DNA from: Girardia tigrina
Lineage: Eukaryota
DNA: 64,000 nucleotides
Direction: 5' to 3'
Assembly (NCBI GenBank): GCA_001938485.1
Contig: MQRK01231804.1
Span: forward strand, 1-64,000
Shown piece after piece: positions 1 through 13,220 of the stretch. Numbering within the stretch: position 1 is the first letter of the stretch; each line of letters begins with the position of its first letter. Below the pieces are notes generated by a model that did not search any database, was not told the origin of the DNA, and saw only the letters and a list, made by a program, of their open reading frames with translations. Both the position numbers and the translations under genes were made by a program.

Positions 1-118
1 ACCGCGACCGTTGCTATGGTAATCGGGTCGGTTGCCATGGTAACCACGATAACCCATATCGTTGCCATGGTTACGGCCAGGGGGGGGTGGTCGACAGAAT
101 GCCCATTTTCACACTACT
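1..118. mobile_element. Possible terminal inverted repeat end of a Polinton/Maverick-like DNA element, cut by the window edge
   Basis: GC-rich block ends in ...CACACTACT at 118 (5'-AGTAGT on the minus strand, the typical Polinton terminus), followed by an abrupt switch to AT-rich DNA. Contains three X-box-like palindromes. The partner end and TSD are not visible. Confidence 0.35.
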
Positions 119-419
119 GGTATGTACATAAGCCCCAAAGAGAACTGCTATAAAAGTTATAAAACTAAAGGATGATTGCAGAGGAAAATATAAGTTGATC
201 ATAGAATAAATGTTAATGGTAAAAATAGTATCTTAAATGCACGGAAGACGTATAGATATTTTGAATCCAATCGAAAATATTTGTACCAGTGTGTGTAGAT
301 ATTTTTGATGAGAGCGATAAAGAAGTGATGTAGAACAAGGTTTTGGCTTTTTGACTGCATAATATAACGGATAAAGGGATATTCAAATGTCCCTTTCCTG
401 TTGTACTAAGTGTACTTAT

Positions 420-665
420 TGTCACGACCCTCTCGAGTGATAACATTTTTAAAAGCTCTGGAGCCCTCAGTGGTTAATAAGGGTCAACAACAATCCACTC
501 TAATTTTACTCGGAATTTAACTTTATTATATAATAGGGTCGGACGCCTCTCTTTACTTGACATCTGTCTAGCAGTGCCAAGCTCAGAGGGCCTTCGGGTT
601 CTGTTCAAGATAAGATAGGCTATGGGCCCCCACCTAGCTCAGTGCCGCTCGGGGCTGATTTCTTA
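420..665 (+). repeat. Truncated copy of the start of the LTR at 59826-62035
   Basis: Begins TGTCACGACCCTCTCGAGT, as at 59826. Shares collinear blocks GGGTCGGACGCCTCT, ACTTGACATCTG, CTAGCAGTGCCAAGCT and GGCTATGGGC with 59826-60066. Confidence 0.85.
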
Positions 666-689
666 TTATGTAGTTTTTTTGAGGTTTCT

Positions 690-1300
690 AAACGATATGA
701 TGATTCATCGAATAAAGGTTCGAATATTGCACACAATTTCTAACTAGGGACGATGAAAAAATTATATTTTTAGAGGAATTTATAATAAGTTGCTCCAGTT
801 GACAAAAATATGGCTGGAGCGTTCGTGGATTAACCTCACGAAAAAATTCTACAACAATTAGATCTAAAAATTTCTCCGTTTTAGCAACGATATCTAAAAT
901 ACACTTAATAAATTTTAAAATAAAAAAATAAGCCTATAATCGTGAGGCTTTCATGTTTTACCTGAATGAACTCATGATATTGATGCGGGAAAATAACATG
1001 AATAATTTTAAAATCATCATGGATAACTGCAGTATCCAAAATGCCCAGAAATAAATGATGTGGTTGCAAACTGTGGCCATGAGATTATTTATTTGCCACC
1101 ATAAAGCCCACAGTTGAACCCAATTGAAGAGATTTTCTCTAAATGGAAAAATGCAATTAAAAATACCAATATCACTAATAGAGATGAATTAATGGCTGCA
1201 ATAAAGCAAAGCGCTGATTTTATATCTGAAAATGATATAAAAATTATTTTCAACATAAGCGCGAATTTGCAGTTAACAAAATAAGAAAGAGAAGAATCTT
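690..1300 (+). pseudogene. Decayed IS630/Tc1-like DDE transposase remnant
   Basis: Translation of ~1014-1150 gives IIMDNCSI...CGHEIIYLPP*SPQLNPIEEIFSKWK, the catalytic-region motifs, with stops and frameshifts. Confidence 0.7.
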
Positions 1301-2529
1301 AAGAAGAACTTTGAAATAAATATAATAACTGACATTTGTTTTGTTTTTCTAATTTTTATGTTTAATAATTCTATGTTTGTAATTCTATGCTTTTATTAAT
1401 TTCTTTTTCTTGTTTTTTTTTTGTAAAAAGAAAAAACTCAAAAAGCATGTATGTATAATGCAATGATTAAATTATTTGCACATCGAATTAAATTACGTGT
1501 AAACCAATGTAATAAAAATATTAAATAATTTTGTTGGAATAATGAGATTTCAAAAAATAAGCTTTTTATTTCGATTGAGATCGATGTCTATGAATAAATG
1601 CTTCGTCCAGAGAGTGATCGAAATTGTGTTTCTAATAAAATTTTAAATAATGTGTGAGTTCTTTTAACATTAAGTATGAAATATCTATCGATTATGCATA
1701 CAAATGTTTCATAAATTATTTTGACTAGTTGAAATCATTTATATTATAACATTTTTGTATTTGATTGAAAAAGTTTAATATAAGGAAAGGGCATTACAGA
1801 AATCTGAAAATGCTCACAATTTACATTTAATAAGATTGAAACTTCCTCATCTTTTTCTTAAAAATTTAACTTAAAATGGGTATTTTTACACTTAGATTTT
1901 CAGAATGATGTTTGAACAATCCTAAACGTTTATCATGGCAACCATCTTCATTTCAGTTAAAATTATAGTTTTGATGAAAGTGTCATTAATAAAGACGCAG
2001 CTGCAACATAGTAAACTTTAAGCAAACGGCAGTAAACATCCTGTGTAAATTACTTGAAAAATAGGAAAAGAACATTACGCTTTTATGCCGTTAAAAATGT
2101 CAATTCTGTTTAAGAAATTGTTTAACTACTCATATCTTTAAAAGATGCGATATCAGAATGATGCTAAAAGCATACAAAATCCTTTTTTGTCTCTTAAAAT
2201 GGCATATAAGACAAATAGTCGAATGATTGGAAAGATCAACAACAATTCAAAAGTACTATTGTAACCATCCAAAGAGTGTCTTAGCATACATTTAGGATTA
2301 TCAAACAATTAGCTCGAGAAACCATTTAAATTACAAATGAGTATCCATAAAAATCGAAAAATGATAAATCCTTGAATAAAGAAAAAATAGACCCTTGAAA
2401 AAAAAGTGTCATTTCATTTTTACATGTTCAGTAATAAAATTTAATTGTCTCATTTTACATAAGTATTAAGTCGTCAAGTATTAAAATTGTGGAGCTAAAA
2501 TTAAAGTATATTTATAATTTATAAATGTA

Positions 2530-3527
2530 AATATGTGCCATTCTTCAAAGTATATACCCATATACTCGATACACGTTAACCATTTGGCTGCAGGTTGTTG
2601 AGGCAATTTGAATAAAGATTTGGTGGTCGAGAATCTATAAATTCCTGGAGGGCCATTTTAGTGACATTTTCAGAATTGAATTGGTTTCACATCAAAAGGT
2701 TTTTCAAATTGAGAAAGTTATGGTAGTCAGTTGAAGCTAGGTTTGGTGAGTATGTATCATGATGCAGAAGTTCCAACTCAAGTTCTTGTAGTTTTGTCAC
2801 GGTCTTAAGTACATTATGTGGTTTTCAATTATCATGAAGCAAGATGGTAGTTGAACTTTTTACTAAACTGTTTTTCTTTGAGTTTCTGTATTATATCTTC
2901 CAATTGGTTGCAGTAGACATCTGCTGTGATCGACGAACCAGGTTTTTTGAAGTCAAAATGGATTAGACCTACGGCAGACCACAAATCACTCAATATCAGC
3001 TTCTTTTGATGAATGTTGTGTTATGGACTGTGTTTAAGTGTTTCATACGTGTTCATTAAAATTGTTAAACGTTTACGATTACGATCCAATTTTCATTACA
3101 AGTGACGATTCGATTCAAAAATTTATCAAATAGGGAGAGAGCATCTTCAACTAGGCATTCAAACGCTTTTTTCTGCTTTTAATTCAATTCATGACGAATC
3201 TAATTTTCCAAGATTTTCTATTTACCAATTTAAGTAAAGTGATTCAATATTGTTTGCTTTGTAACAACAATAAATCATGAGCACTTTGTGATCAATCCGA
3301 TTCCATGGTCACCTTCAGTTTGCAATTGTCTACCTGGGCGACTACAGACTCATTCATGAGATATTCGCCGAAAAAAGTAATCAATAATTTTAATTAATGT
3401 GTTAAATTGCCAAGATATGTAGCAATCAAACTAAAAATATGAGCTACAAAATATTAAATCATTGTCAAATTATAACTATTTGAATTTATCGTAATCATGC
3501 CTACAAATTTCATACTTAATAACATAA
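2530..3527 (-). mobile_element. Decayed mariner, same family as 50612-53178
   Basis: Minus strand reads NRIVTCNE (IVTxDEKW motif) at ~3090-3118. The terminus CTACAAATTTCATACTT (3501-3517) matches the TIR sequence at 53152-53168 and, inverted, at 50624-50639. Confidence 0.7.
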
Positions 3528-3954
3528 TATAATTTCTGTGAACTTCTCAAAACTCAATTAAAAATATTTTTTAAAATATAAGAATTTATTTAATATATTT
3601 AAAAAAAAAATATAATTTTATTTCAAATCTCAACTAATAAAAACATTAATTAGAGACTTAAAAAAACGTTTAACTATTACGAAAATATAATTAAAAAAAT
3701 AATTTTTAATTATTAAAAACTAATTAATCAAAACATTTTCTAATATTATTTTTTATGGCAAAAAAAACAAATTAAAAAGTCATAATTTTTTTTGTTAAAT
3801 AAAAATTTTAAATTAAATATCAAAAAACAATTTCCAATCGGAAATTTAAAATTGTCCATTAATAAATGTTGAATGATCGATGAATAGCGAAATATAAAGA
3901 AGAGAATATTTCCATTCCAGCGCTCTTTTTAATGTATAAAATTCAAATATTTTT

Positions 3955-4085
3955 CATATACCGGAAGTGAACGGAATTCTTCACTTTGTAGCAGAAATTC
4001 CGAGCGATTTCCGGTCTGGTTTCGACAACATTTAAACAAAAAATTATTATAACTTCCTGCATGTCAAAAATAAACATAAATAAAT
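3955..4085. promoter_or_regulatory. ETS/forkhead motif cluster (candidate promoter or enhancer)
   Basis: ACCGGAAGTG (3960-3969), TTTCCGGT, ACTTCCTG and two TAAACA motifs within ~130 bp of a GC-richer island. Confidence 0.35.
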
Positions 4086-4661
4086 AATTGAATAATTTGA
4101 ATTGGAAAAAGATAAGATAATATTTGTTTTTCTTTTTTTCGTTATGATTAATGAAACGATAAAATGATGAAAAAAATATTTTCTATCAATAATAAAATTT
4201 ATGAATAATATTAATTTTTTTTAGCAATTATTTCTTACTTGATGAATTTAGTAAAAAAAACTGAATATATAAAATTTAAATATTAGTTGATATATAATTA
4301 ATTTTTTTGAAATAATAATTATTAAAAAAAAATGATTCACGTTTTCATTTGATTTTCTGTTTTAAATTTCTATTTTTTGAGAATTTTTTTAAACCTGATT
4401 TTTTTTGAAAATATTAATTATTGGTTTTTTATTTTTTATTATTTATTATGTACTTTATAATTGACTTTGATACAATTTTTAATTTCCGTTTTCTAAATTT
4501 CTTGTTCGATAAAATAATATTTTGTATTTAAATTTAAATAATATATATTTATTTTTATCCTACAGCGTATTCATCTGGATATAAGTATGATCTAATTTGT
4601 TTAAAACCCATTCTATATCTCAGCTGTTTGGATATTTTTAAAAATAAGTTATTTAGACATA

Positions 4662-6855
4662 CAGCCACTCCTAAAAATACTGAGATTTTTGACTAACTGA
4701 TATTGTAACGAAGTATTAAGGATATATTCAGTACATACAAATTATAAGAAGAATACAGATATGGATACACAGTTCAAACACTTTTCCACTAGTACTTTGT
4801 TTGGCCACATTTTGCATTAATCACTCTTGCCAATCGGCGTAGCATTGACGTGATTATATTGTCAGTGAGTTTGAGGCCGATCTCTTGTGCCCAAACACGT
4901 TTAATCACGTCAAGTAGGTCATCATATGATGTAGGGGCATAATTAGCAACCTTTTCTTTCACTATTCTCCATAAATTTTCAATCAGCGATAAATCAGGTG
5001 AGTTGCCGGGCCATGGACCCAGAACGTTGATCACGTTTGTTTCCAACCAGGTTTTGTTTAGTCGCGATTGATGGCATGGAGCCCCGTCATGTTGAAAAAA
5101 TTTGCACTGACGCATTTAAATGAAGCGTTGGACCTTATCGTGAATAATGCCGTTGTACACAGGCGAAGTGAAAGTAGTTCTCTTGGGACAGAATCAAAGA
5201 CTGCACCGACCTCTGGCAGCAATTGCGGTCCAAATCATAACTTTCGGCGCTCTCCGCACAATGGGAACAGTGTACTTTGGCCTAAAGCGGTGACCAGGCT
5301 GCCGGCGCACCATGCAGATCCATGTGTCTTGCTGATGGATTGTGGTTTCATCAGTGAACATCACCGAACGCCATTGTTCCACTGACCAACATTGGTAAGC
5401 TTTTGCAAACGCGAGCCTATCACGAATATTCTTCGACGATAAAAGCGGTTTCTTGGCAGGCTTGTAGGATCGTTTAGTGTCGGCGGATCGAAGCTTCGGT
5501 AGTGGGACCTAAGTGTCTCGTGTTCCCTCCTGAGTGACCGGATATTGGAATGCACCAAAGGGAGCACCGAATCACAAATCTTACCGTATTTTGATGGCGT
5601 GTAAGAAACGCTGAAGGGGCCGCCATCACACCCGCAAATAATTTTCGCTCCGACGTTGTAATTAACCGCGTGATGTCACCGGAGTTCGCAACTCGATTGT
5701 GTCATTCTCGGCAAATAGGTCGCTTGTCGTCTTGACGGATTATCGATGTTGAAATTCGATAAATTGACGGTCGAGTTGTTGTGGTGACTGTTCACTGATG
5801 TAAATCCACTGGTTTTATGAAAATGTTCTCTTCGTCGTTTCCAATTGTTATTATTGCCACCGATATTATTCGATTTCAACGGTTTATTTTGATCGAAAAA
5901 TGATGGATGATAGCGTTTTCTCTTCAAACGATTTATTTTATTGGTGTTGGTCGATAAAATCGTCATTTAAGACAATCAAACATCCAAAGCATAAATTCAA
6001 GGAATTATTCTCAACTTGATATCGGTTTAACGGAAACTTTTTCGTTAAAAGATTATATAATTATTATTATAATAGACGATTTGAATCATCGAAAAATTTA
6101 TTTGTATATTAAAACAATTTGTTTTTTGAATTCACAAAATTAATTTACAGAATTAAATTGTTCCATTGTTGTCGGTTAATTTTTTTAATTAATTACAATG
6201 TTCGATATTTAATAAAAAATATTTATCGATGAAAGAAAAAGCAAAATTGATTAATATTAAAATTTGTTTAATAATTATTTTGTGAATTAAGTATTTTTAT
6301 TTATAAAACGAACATGTGTTATTTCTGGTCACTACAGATCGAAAGCCTCCTTCAACCAGACATCGACGAATGGTTCGTGCGCTAGGAAAATTATCAATGT
6401 TAACTGGTAGACCAGCTAGTATTGTGCGGGTACCAGCAAATGGATTGGTCTTGCAGGATCTCAAAATGGCTCGATCTGTAACCTTGCTTGTGATACGCAG
6501 CCTTCCACTGCGTTTCGTATAGGCAAAGGCGCCGGTGGCTTGATGAAGACGAAGAGTGTCGGTTACTGCAGCGCGGCTAATATTAAATCACAGGGCAATG
6601 CCACGGTTATAGACTCCAGTGTCGTGTAAAGCGACGATTTGTGCCCTCAGAGTGGGTAAAAGTTGGTTGCCAGTCATGTCGGAATAGTCACAAATACTTT
6701 AATATATCATAATAGCATAGTGAGTATGCTACTAAAGCTGTATTCTTATTGTATGTTGGTTAAGAATATTATTTACATGCACTTACACACACACGCACTT
6801 AGATATTAATTTTCTTTAAAATGCAAGGGTGGCCGGTGAATTATGGCCATGACTG
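4662..6855 (-). mobile_element. Decayed Tc1-family transposon with D35E spacing, split by a solo LTR
   Basis: ATG at 6677. Reads MTGNQLLPTLRAQIVALHDTG...EGGFRS|YKPAKKPLLS...VMFTDE...FQHDGAPCH...WPGNSPDLSLIENLW to the stop at 4789. The right end CATGACTG|TA is clear; the left end TA|CAGCCAC matches it only weakly. Confidence 0.85.
5473..6336. mobile_element. Solo LTR, 864 bp, with 5-bp TSD GATCG
   Basis: GATCG at 5468-5472 and 6337-6341. Ends TTTAGTG...CACTACA, one substitution from TGTAGTG...CACTACA. Removing it plus one TSD copy restores the Tc1 frame GGFRSYKPAKK. Confidence 0.85.
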
Positions 6856-6869
6856 TATTTTAACAATTT

Positions 6870-7035
6870 ATAATATATATTATAATATAACATATTATAA
6901 TATAACATATTATAATATAAAAAATAAAATAAAATATAATAAAATATAATATAATATAAAATATAGTATAAGATATAGTATAATAAAATAATATAACATA
7001 AAAAATAAAATAATATAATAAAAATAATATACTAT
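6870..7035. repeat. AT-rich low-complexity minisatellite
   Basis: Reiterated TATAA/ATATTATAATATAAC units. Confidence 0.8.
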
Positions 7036-9088
7036 TACTTATAGTGACTACGATTTGATATCATTAATATTTTTAATGAGGATAGAGTGACAAGAATCTC
7101 CAACCAAACTGTTTGATCGTTTTTTGTTCCACTTTCGAAGTATAACGCCTTACATGTTAGAAGAAGAAAATTTAGAAGAAAATCTCTCATTGATCGATTA
7201 AAGGAGACTGTCAACAATAATAGCCTAATGACTCTGGAAAATATCATACTATGGGAAACCCTTCATATGTCACCAAATAGAGCTGTCATCAAGGTATGGG
7301 TATTGAATTAACACTTTGCACTGTACCTAAAAATACAATATAAATATCATAAAAGATCTAGAGCATAGGGTGGGGGAGTTTAACTTCATCTTTCGAAATT
7401 GTAGTTCAGGAACTTAGTACTATCTGTTCCTTAATACTATGAGCGGGGGTATTCCCTCACTCCAATAATGGCACCAGCTATCATCATTTCGTCCGGTGAA
7501 TTGCTTGTGTCATTCCCTGTGGACATTCAGCATTTGGTAGAGAGAATCGATGTTATGGTCCCCCAACGAAAATTAGTTTTTCATATAATTTACTTTATTT
7601 TACTAAATTGATTAACTTTGAATAACTATTTATCTCTTCTTCTGTGTCTTTAACTGCTTATTTTTAATGCGGATTGTGTGTGAAATTTGATAAATTTGTA
7701 TTATTATCCCTCTTTGATTTGAGTTGAACGGTCGATCAAGAGTGTTTTTTATTAATGATTATATTTTATTTATTATTAACATTTCGAACTGTTTATGTAA
7801 AATCGTGCGTTTTATATTATTGGTTTAGAGAGGAGGAAAATTAATTAAATTTCTAAAATTAAATGTTTAATAAAAAGAACATTAAACTATGCAAAAAAAT
7901 GTTTTTGTTTTAAAAAGTTTCTGTTTGAATGTCAAGTTGGATGAATAAATTTGAAAATGTCGATTATAAGTTCGAATATTTGTGAGCATTTGATGCAAAT
8001 AGTTGATGAGATCGAGCTAGTGGTAAAGTGTTTAATTTGCCTGAGGAAGTGAGAAACTATGTCAGGAATTTCTTTATGGAATATGAATCAAACCTTTTCA
8101 AAAAGGCATTTTAAGAAAGCTCAGTACTCTTGCAGATATTTGTGGCCAATAACGTCTATTACATTGAGAAGTAAACATCTCAGTTATTTGTTGTAGAAAA
8201 ATAAAATCTCTGCGACTCACCTTTTATATTCAGTCAACGTACTTAATGTTTCAACCAAGTAAATTTAATTTCCGTTTTAGTAAACATTATATGTATCTTA
8301 CATTTTAATAATTAAACTTATTTCAACTAATTTAAATTTTAAAATATTAAAATTTTGTATTATCATGTACAAGTGTTATTATGAATATTTTTACTTTAAA
8401 TTTAACAATAAAAATCCATTAATAATAAATATTTATGAAATAATAAATGTTACCCTTTCACAACCATGGGATGCATGTCCCAACGGAATTTTTTATTTAA
8501 TTTAAATTTCCTCTACAAATCAGTGAAAAATATAAAACCTATTTGTCAAAATTTTATTATTAAAAAAATTTATTAATTATATAATTAGAAAATAATTAAA
8601 TAATTATTCAACTAATTAACCAATAAATTTATTGATTGCTAAGGAAAAGATTTCAATGTAACAAATCGTATGATTGACAAATAAAAAACATCCGGTTCGT
8701 TTGTCATTTAATTAGTCTTTTTCATAATTAACATTAAACCTTCACCAAACCTTTATATATTATGGAAATATAATTACACATTCATTATAAAATAACGACT
8801 TAAGAATTATCACACGATGTAAGAAGAAAGGGGATTTTGTCTTCGATTTCTTTAATTACAATACTGAAACAAAATTCTCCAGCTTATCCCATTAAGGGAT
8901 TAAAGAATCGACCGAAAATTAGAGAATGAAAAGGAAACAATGAGATGAAAGAATATCACAAAGGAAGTTAAGTTGAAATTTCTACAAATATTCAGTTCAT
9001 TAACGCAATTCTGAAAAGGATCATAGAAGACTCAAATGAAAATAGAACTTAAAATCTTAATGAGTTAATTAGTGAAAATAATAATAAT

Positions 9089-9091
<3 letters not shown>

Positions 9092-9128
<37 letters not shown>
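9092..9128. repeat. (TA)n microsatellite
   Basis: Visible directly. Confidence 0.95.
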
Positions 9129-9130
<2 letters not shown>

Positions 9131-9394
9131 CTAGGTAGGTCACTGCAAATTTTATTATTAAATATATATTATTATCATTATATTAAATCAATTAAAATAA
9201 TTACTTGATAGCGATCGTTTGGATTTAATAATTAGCATTTGAGAATTAATTTGTCTTTTCTGTGCAAATGAGACATTTATTGTACGAATAAACTAATTTA
9301 AAAATAAACGGATTTAATATCACAGAGGTGTGATCTTGTTCTAACAAATGAAACCGAATTATCAAAATTCAGTTACAATGGCAATTTAGATTTG

Positions 9395-12300
9395 TGTAAA
9401 ATAAGATGATTTTTTCGATTTACAAAAAACTATATTATTCAAACGAATTAGATGATCAAATTAATTACACTCCCAGATCAAATCACATAATCGTCCAGAC
9501 ACTGAGGGGGTTCCGTACCCGCACCGGTAGTTTAGCGGAATCTTTAGCTACCTTTTGCGTTGTCGGTCCACTCATTTCGTCTCTCCTGTCTGAAATGCTA
9601 TCATCGGAATCCACTAACATCAATTGTCGATTGTCCACTGCTCTCCTGATGTGGGATATATGTCTCGTGATTCCATCGTCGTCCATCTCCACTCCAACTA
9701 CAGACTTCAACGATGTAATTACATGCGGTCCCGTCCATGGTTCATTGCATTTCCCGCCGACTACCAAATAAACATTTTCACAAATGCTGAATGAGTTTTT
9801 CTCCGTAGCGTTATACTCATCATTCGAGATGCACTCCAAGATGAATTTGCATTCAACTTGAAGCTCATCTCGAATAATTGGCAGTCGAGATTTGGCATGG
9901 AACATCAATTCATAGGGCCCCGCATCCCGGTGACCCGTCGTACTCTTGTAACAAAACAGACATTCGCTGATCGACTTTGCAGATCTCGCCGCCATTGTCC
10001 TAATGGTGCAGTGATTTCGCTCTCACATTCCATTTCCTTGATGTCGATAGGCTGCTGTGAACCATTGCTCGATTCTCCATTTATCTAGCAACCGTCTCAC
10101 TGGGGCACTTCGGTAGACAGCCGCATTGTCGGAAATGAAACATTTCGGTGGTCCAAATTCAGAGCATACGCTATCTATATGCCAATCTATTTCCTCGGTG
10201 GATTCTCCAAATACAAAATCTTGTTGCTGAATCCACTATGGTCAGATACTCGACACCGTTGAAATAAGTCACATCGCTATAAAGTTGGTACCATACCTTG
10301 TCAGTTGACAATTACCCATGTCGATACTCAATTCGTGGGACTGGACAGATCTTTGAACACTCAACACACTGCTTGATAACTTCCTTAACTTGATCCGACT
10401 TTATTCCATGAGACCCATATTTTTCCCTCAACAGTTCACTAGTCCTGCCGACTCCAAAGTGACAGATATCATAAATTTTCTTGATCACATCAACACTTGG
10501 ATACTGATTTACTTCAATGGCGTTTATTTCCACTTTCTTGTTTAACCATTGTTTTGGAACCCTGGTCAAACAATCTGCCATATTCAATTGAAATTTCACC
10601 AATTCCAGTTCCACTTCCAGTTTTTATTTATCTTTCAACTCTCTCATGATATCGAGTCTTCGGCGTACCAAATGTTTAGATAACGTGCGGGTTCTTTGGT
10701 TGTGTGTATTCTTGAATACTGCCATGAGCCATCCATACACTGTTGCTGAGTCCGTTCATCAGCTTGAACTTATGAAAGCCAAAGTTATTACCAAGTTTAT
10801 TCCCTTTATGGCCGAATCAACTTCACTCATATTAATATGGCTTGTATCGTCTTCCTTCCTTAACCAAGTAGTGTCTTCAACGATATCACCGTTAACGCAC
10901 AGTAGTACGCCCATTACTATATTACTTGCATCTGTCCAAATGACAACATTATTATATCAATTTACCACCCATTTGCCTGTTGCTGGATCTCCATCCATCC
11001 TCAGCCTTTGACATATTTCATTAACTTTCTCTATGATGTCTTTTGGCGGTTAATCTCTGAATGTAGGTACAAGCAACTCGTAATCATCCTGCAATTGGTA
11101 CATGGCCTATCCACTCCCCAAAATTCCATGTACTTCTCTTCTAGTTGCTTTCTCAAGCTACCTAGTTGCGAGCTCTTGGTCTATTCTCCCTTGCAAATGG
11201 CTTTTTACATTCAGTCCAAGCACCCTGACATCTTGTTAAAGCCAATCCGTTTTATGGGTTTAGACTCCAACCCAAACCGGCGAAAAATTCCTACTATATC
11301 CTCTGTATTACAAGAACTTTCCACAATGAACACGTCATCAATATACCCAGAAGCAGTAATCGTCTACTCTTCCTTGATAATCGTTTCAACTATTCTTGAC
11401 ATGACTTTTGGCGCAATGGATAGACCAAACCCTAACCTGGTCATCACATAGACTTCGCCATTCCACATAACCGCCTGATATTTCCACAAATCTGGAGCCA
11501 CCCTTACTTGTAGGTAAGCCTTTTTTACATCCATTATAGCCCAGTTGGGTCCCAATTTTCTCCATTCCCGTAATCGTGACTGGCAACAGGCATAACTGCT
11601 GCCCGGATAGTTATGAATTTGTTCGTTAAGTAACTTGTAGTCTAATACCCGTCGTATTCGTGTCCTTTTGCATTTGACTTGCCGCACTCCCATCAACAGT
11701 ATCATGTTACGAATCTTCCCATTTCGTTTTTCATCCAATTTTATCAGAACACCTTCGCTTATCCACTCATTCACTTCATCTTGAGATGGTTCTTTATCTA
11801 CATTGGGATTATCATAATTGACACATGAGGTTCTCCCAGCCGGATGATCACCGACAAATCTCCATCGGGTGCTCCAATACCTTCCGTCACATTGAGCTTC
11901 AAAATTATCCTCTTTTATCTGCAAATGTCTTCCACTTTTCACTCCAGTTGCTGCAGTAATAGCTTCCAATTTTGCTCCATTACTGCCAAATTTTATACAA
12001 ACATCATCACCGTCTAGCCGTATTGTCAGTTCACTTTTGAGAATAACATCGTTTCCCACTTTGATGTCGACACCTGCAGGCAGTCTTTCAACCTTAATTG
12101 CTCCAACAGGCCCTAGGTTCATACCGCCAAAAATAGAATCTCATGTAGATGCTCTTTACCCAGGATATTCCTGACTACCGTCGACAACTACCAGGTTCAT
12201 GTTTCTAACGCCTTTGATTCTTGACTTTGTGCAACATCTTCTAATAAGAGTGGCACTACTCCCCGTATCGATCATTGCCTTCATCATTTCCCCGTCGATT

Positions 12301-13220
12301 AGCGCTTGACGAATCAATAACAGCTGAATTCGGAATAACAGCTGAACATGAATAAATTAATGGCGATTGTGAATTTTTGAGGCAATTCACGGCCGCCTTG
12401 TTGACACAGCTGTCCTCGGGGCGTTGTGGCCTTTTACAGGCGTAACTATTGCCGGTAGTTACATTACCACCCCCTCTTACTGTATCATTTGGTCCTACAC
12501 CATTTACTGGGGAGAGGTTGGACCCGTGACCTTCTCCTCTCTGTCGTTTCTAGACATGTTACAGCTTTCTTTTATATGGCGGACTTCTCCGAATTTAAAG
12601 CATTTAAACCTACACGTCTTCTGCGCGTATCCGAGTCGATTACACTAATACATCGAAATTTACTGTTGGTCGCTGCAATCACTTCTTGAATATGTTTATG
12701 AGGTGATATCTTTTTGGCCAAGTTCATCACACTCTTGAACATGAATTCGTCGTCCAATTTTGGTTGCACCTCTCTCTTTAATTGATCCGGCAAACTATGA
12801 ATAAATGTCATTGCACAAAACGCATCGATCGGATCCTGGTTCCCAACAACGGTCCGTATCAGCTAATTGATCTCGGCCGCCGACACTTCCAATCTGTCAC
12901 CCGGGAGAATCTTCTTTTGGCGCAACTCACTTTTGATTTCCTTGGCATGTCTCTGTTTATCCAGCGATAAACCCTTCCACGTGTCGTATGCCGGCCCGTC
13001 CAACAGCACGACCAAGCATGAGACTTCTTTTTCCATTAGCTCATCTACCTCGATGGCAAACTCGAATCTGTTGATCCAACTTTCGACGTCCTCCAAGCCA
13101 TCAAATTTCTTCAAATTACTGATTGCTTTCATTGCAGCGATAGCTTGTAAAATAAGTTGTTTTTTTCGATTTACAAAAAACTATATTATTCAAATAAATT
13201 AGGTGATCCAATTAATTACA
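9395..13220 (-). mobile_element. Structurally complete but coding-decayed LTR retrotransposon: 3826 bp, 75-bp LTRs, gag-PR-RT-RH-INT
   Basis: LTRs 9395-9469 and 13146-13220 (TGTAA...TTACA, 6 mismatches in 75). TSD ATTTG at 9390-9394 and 13221-13225. Gag from 13132, protease MIDTGS ~12270, RT DVKKAYLQV/RLGFGLSIAPKVM/YIDD ~11340, RNase H WTDAS ~10935, integrase zinc finger CHFG...CVEC in ORF 10312-10614. Confidence 0.95.

Noticed and set aside
8034-8070. Hammerhead-like CUGAGGA..GAAAC..GUC
   Set aside because: Stems I and II do not pair properly, and it lies in what reads as decayed coding sequence.
10646-11451. Plus-strand ORFs over the LTR element, and similar antisense ORFs over Gypsy/Tc1 elements
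   Set aside because: Antisense shadows of TE coding sequence.
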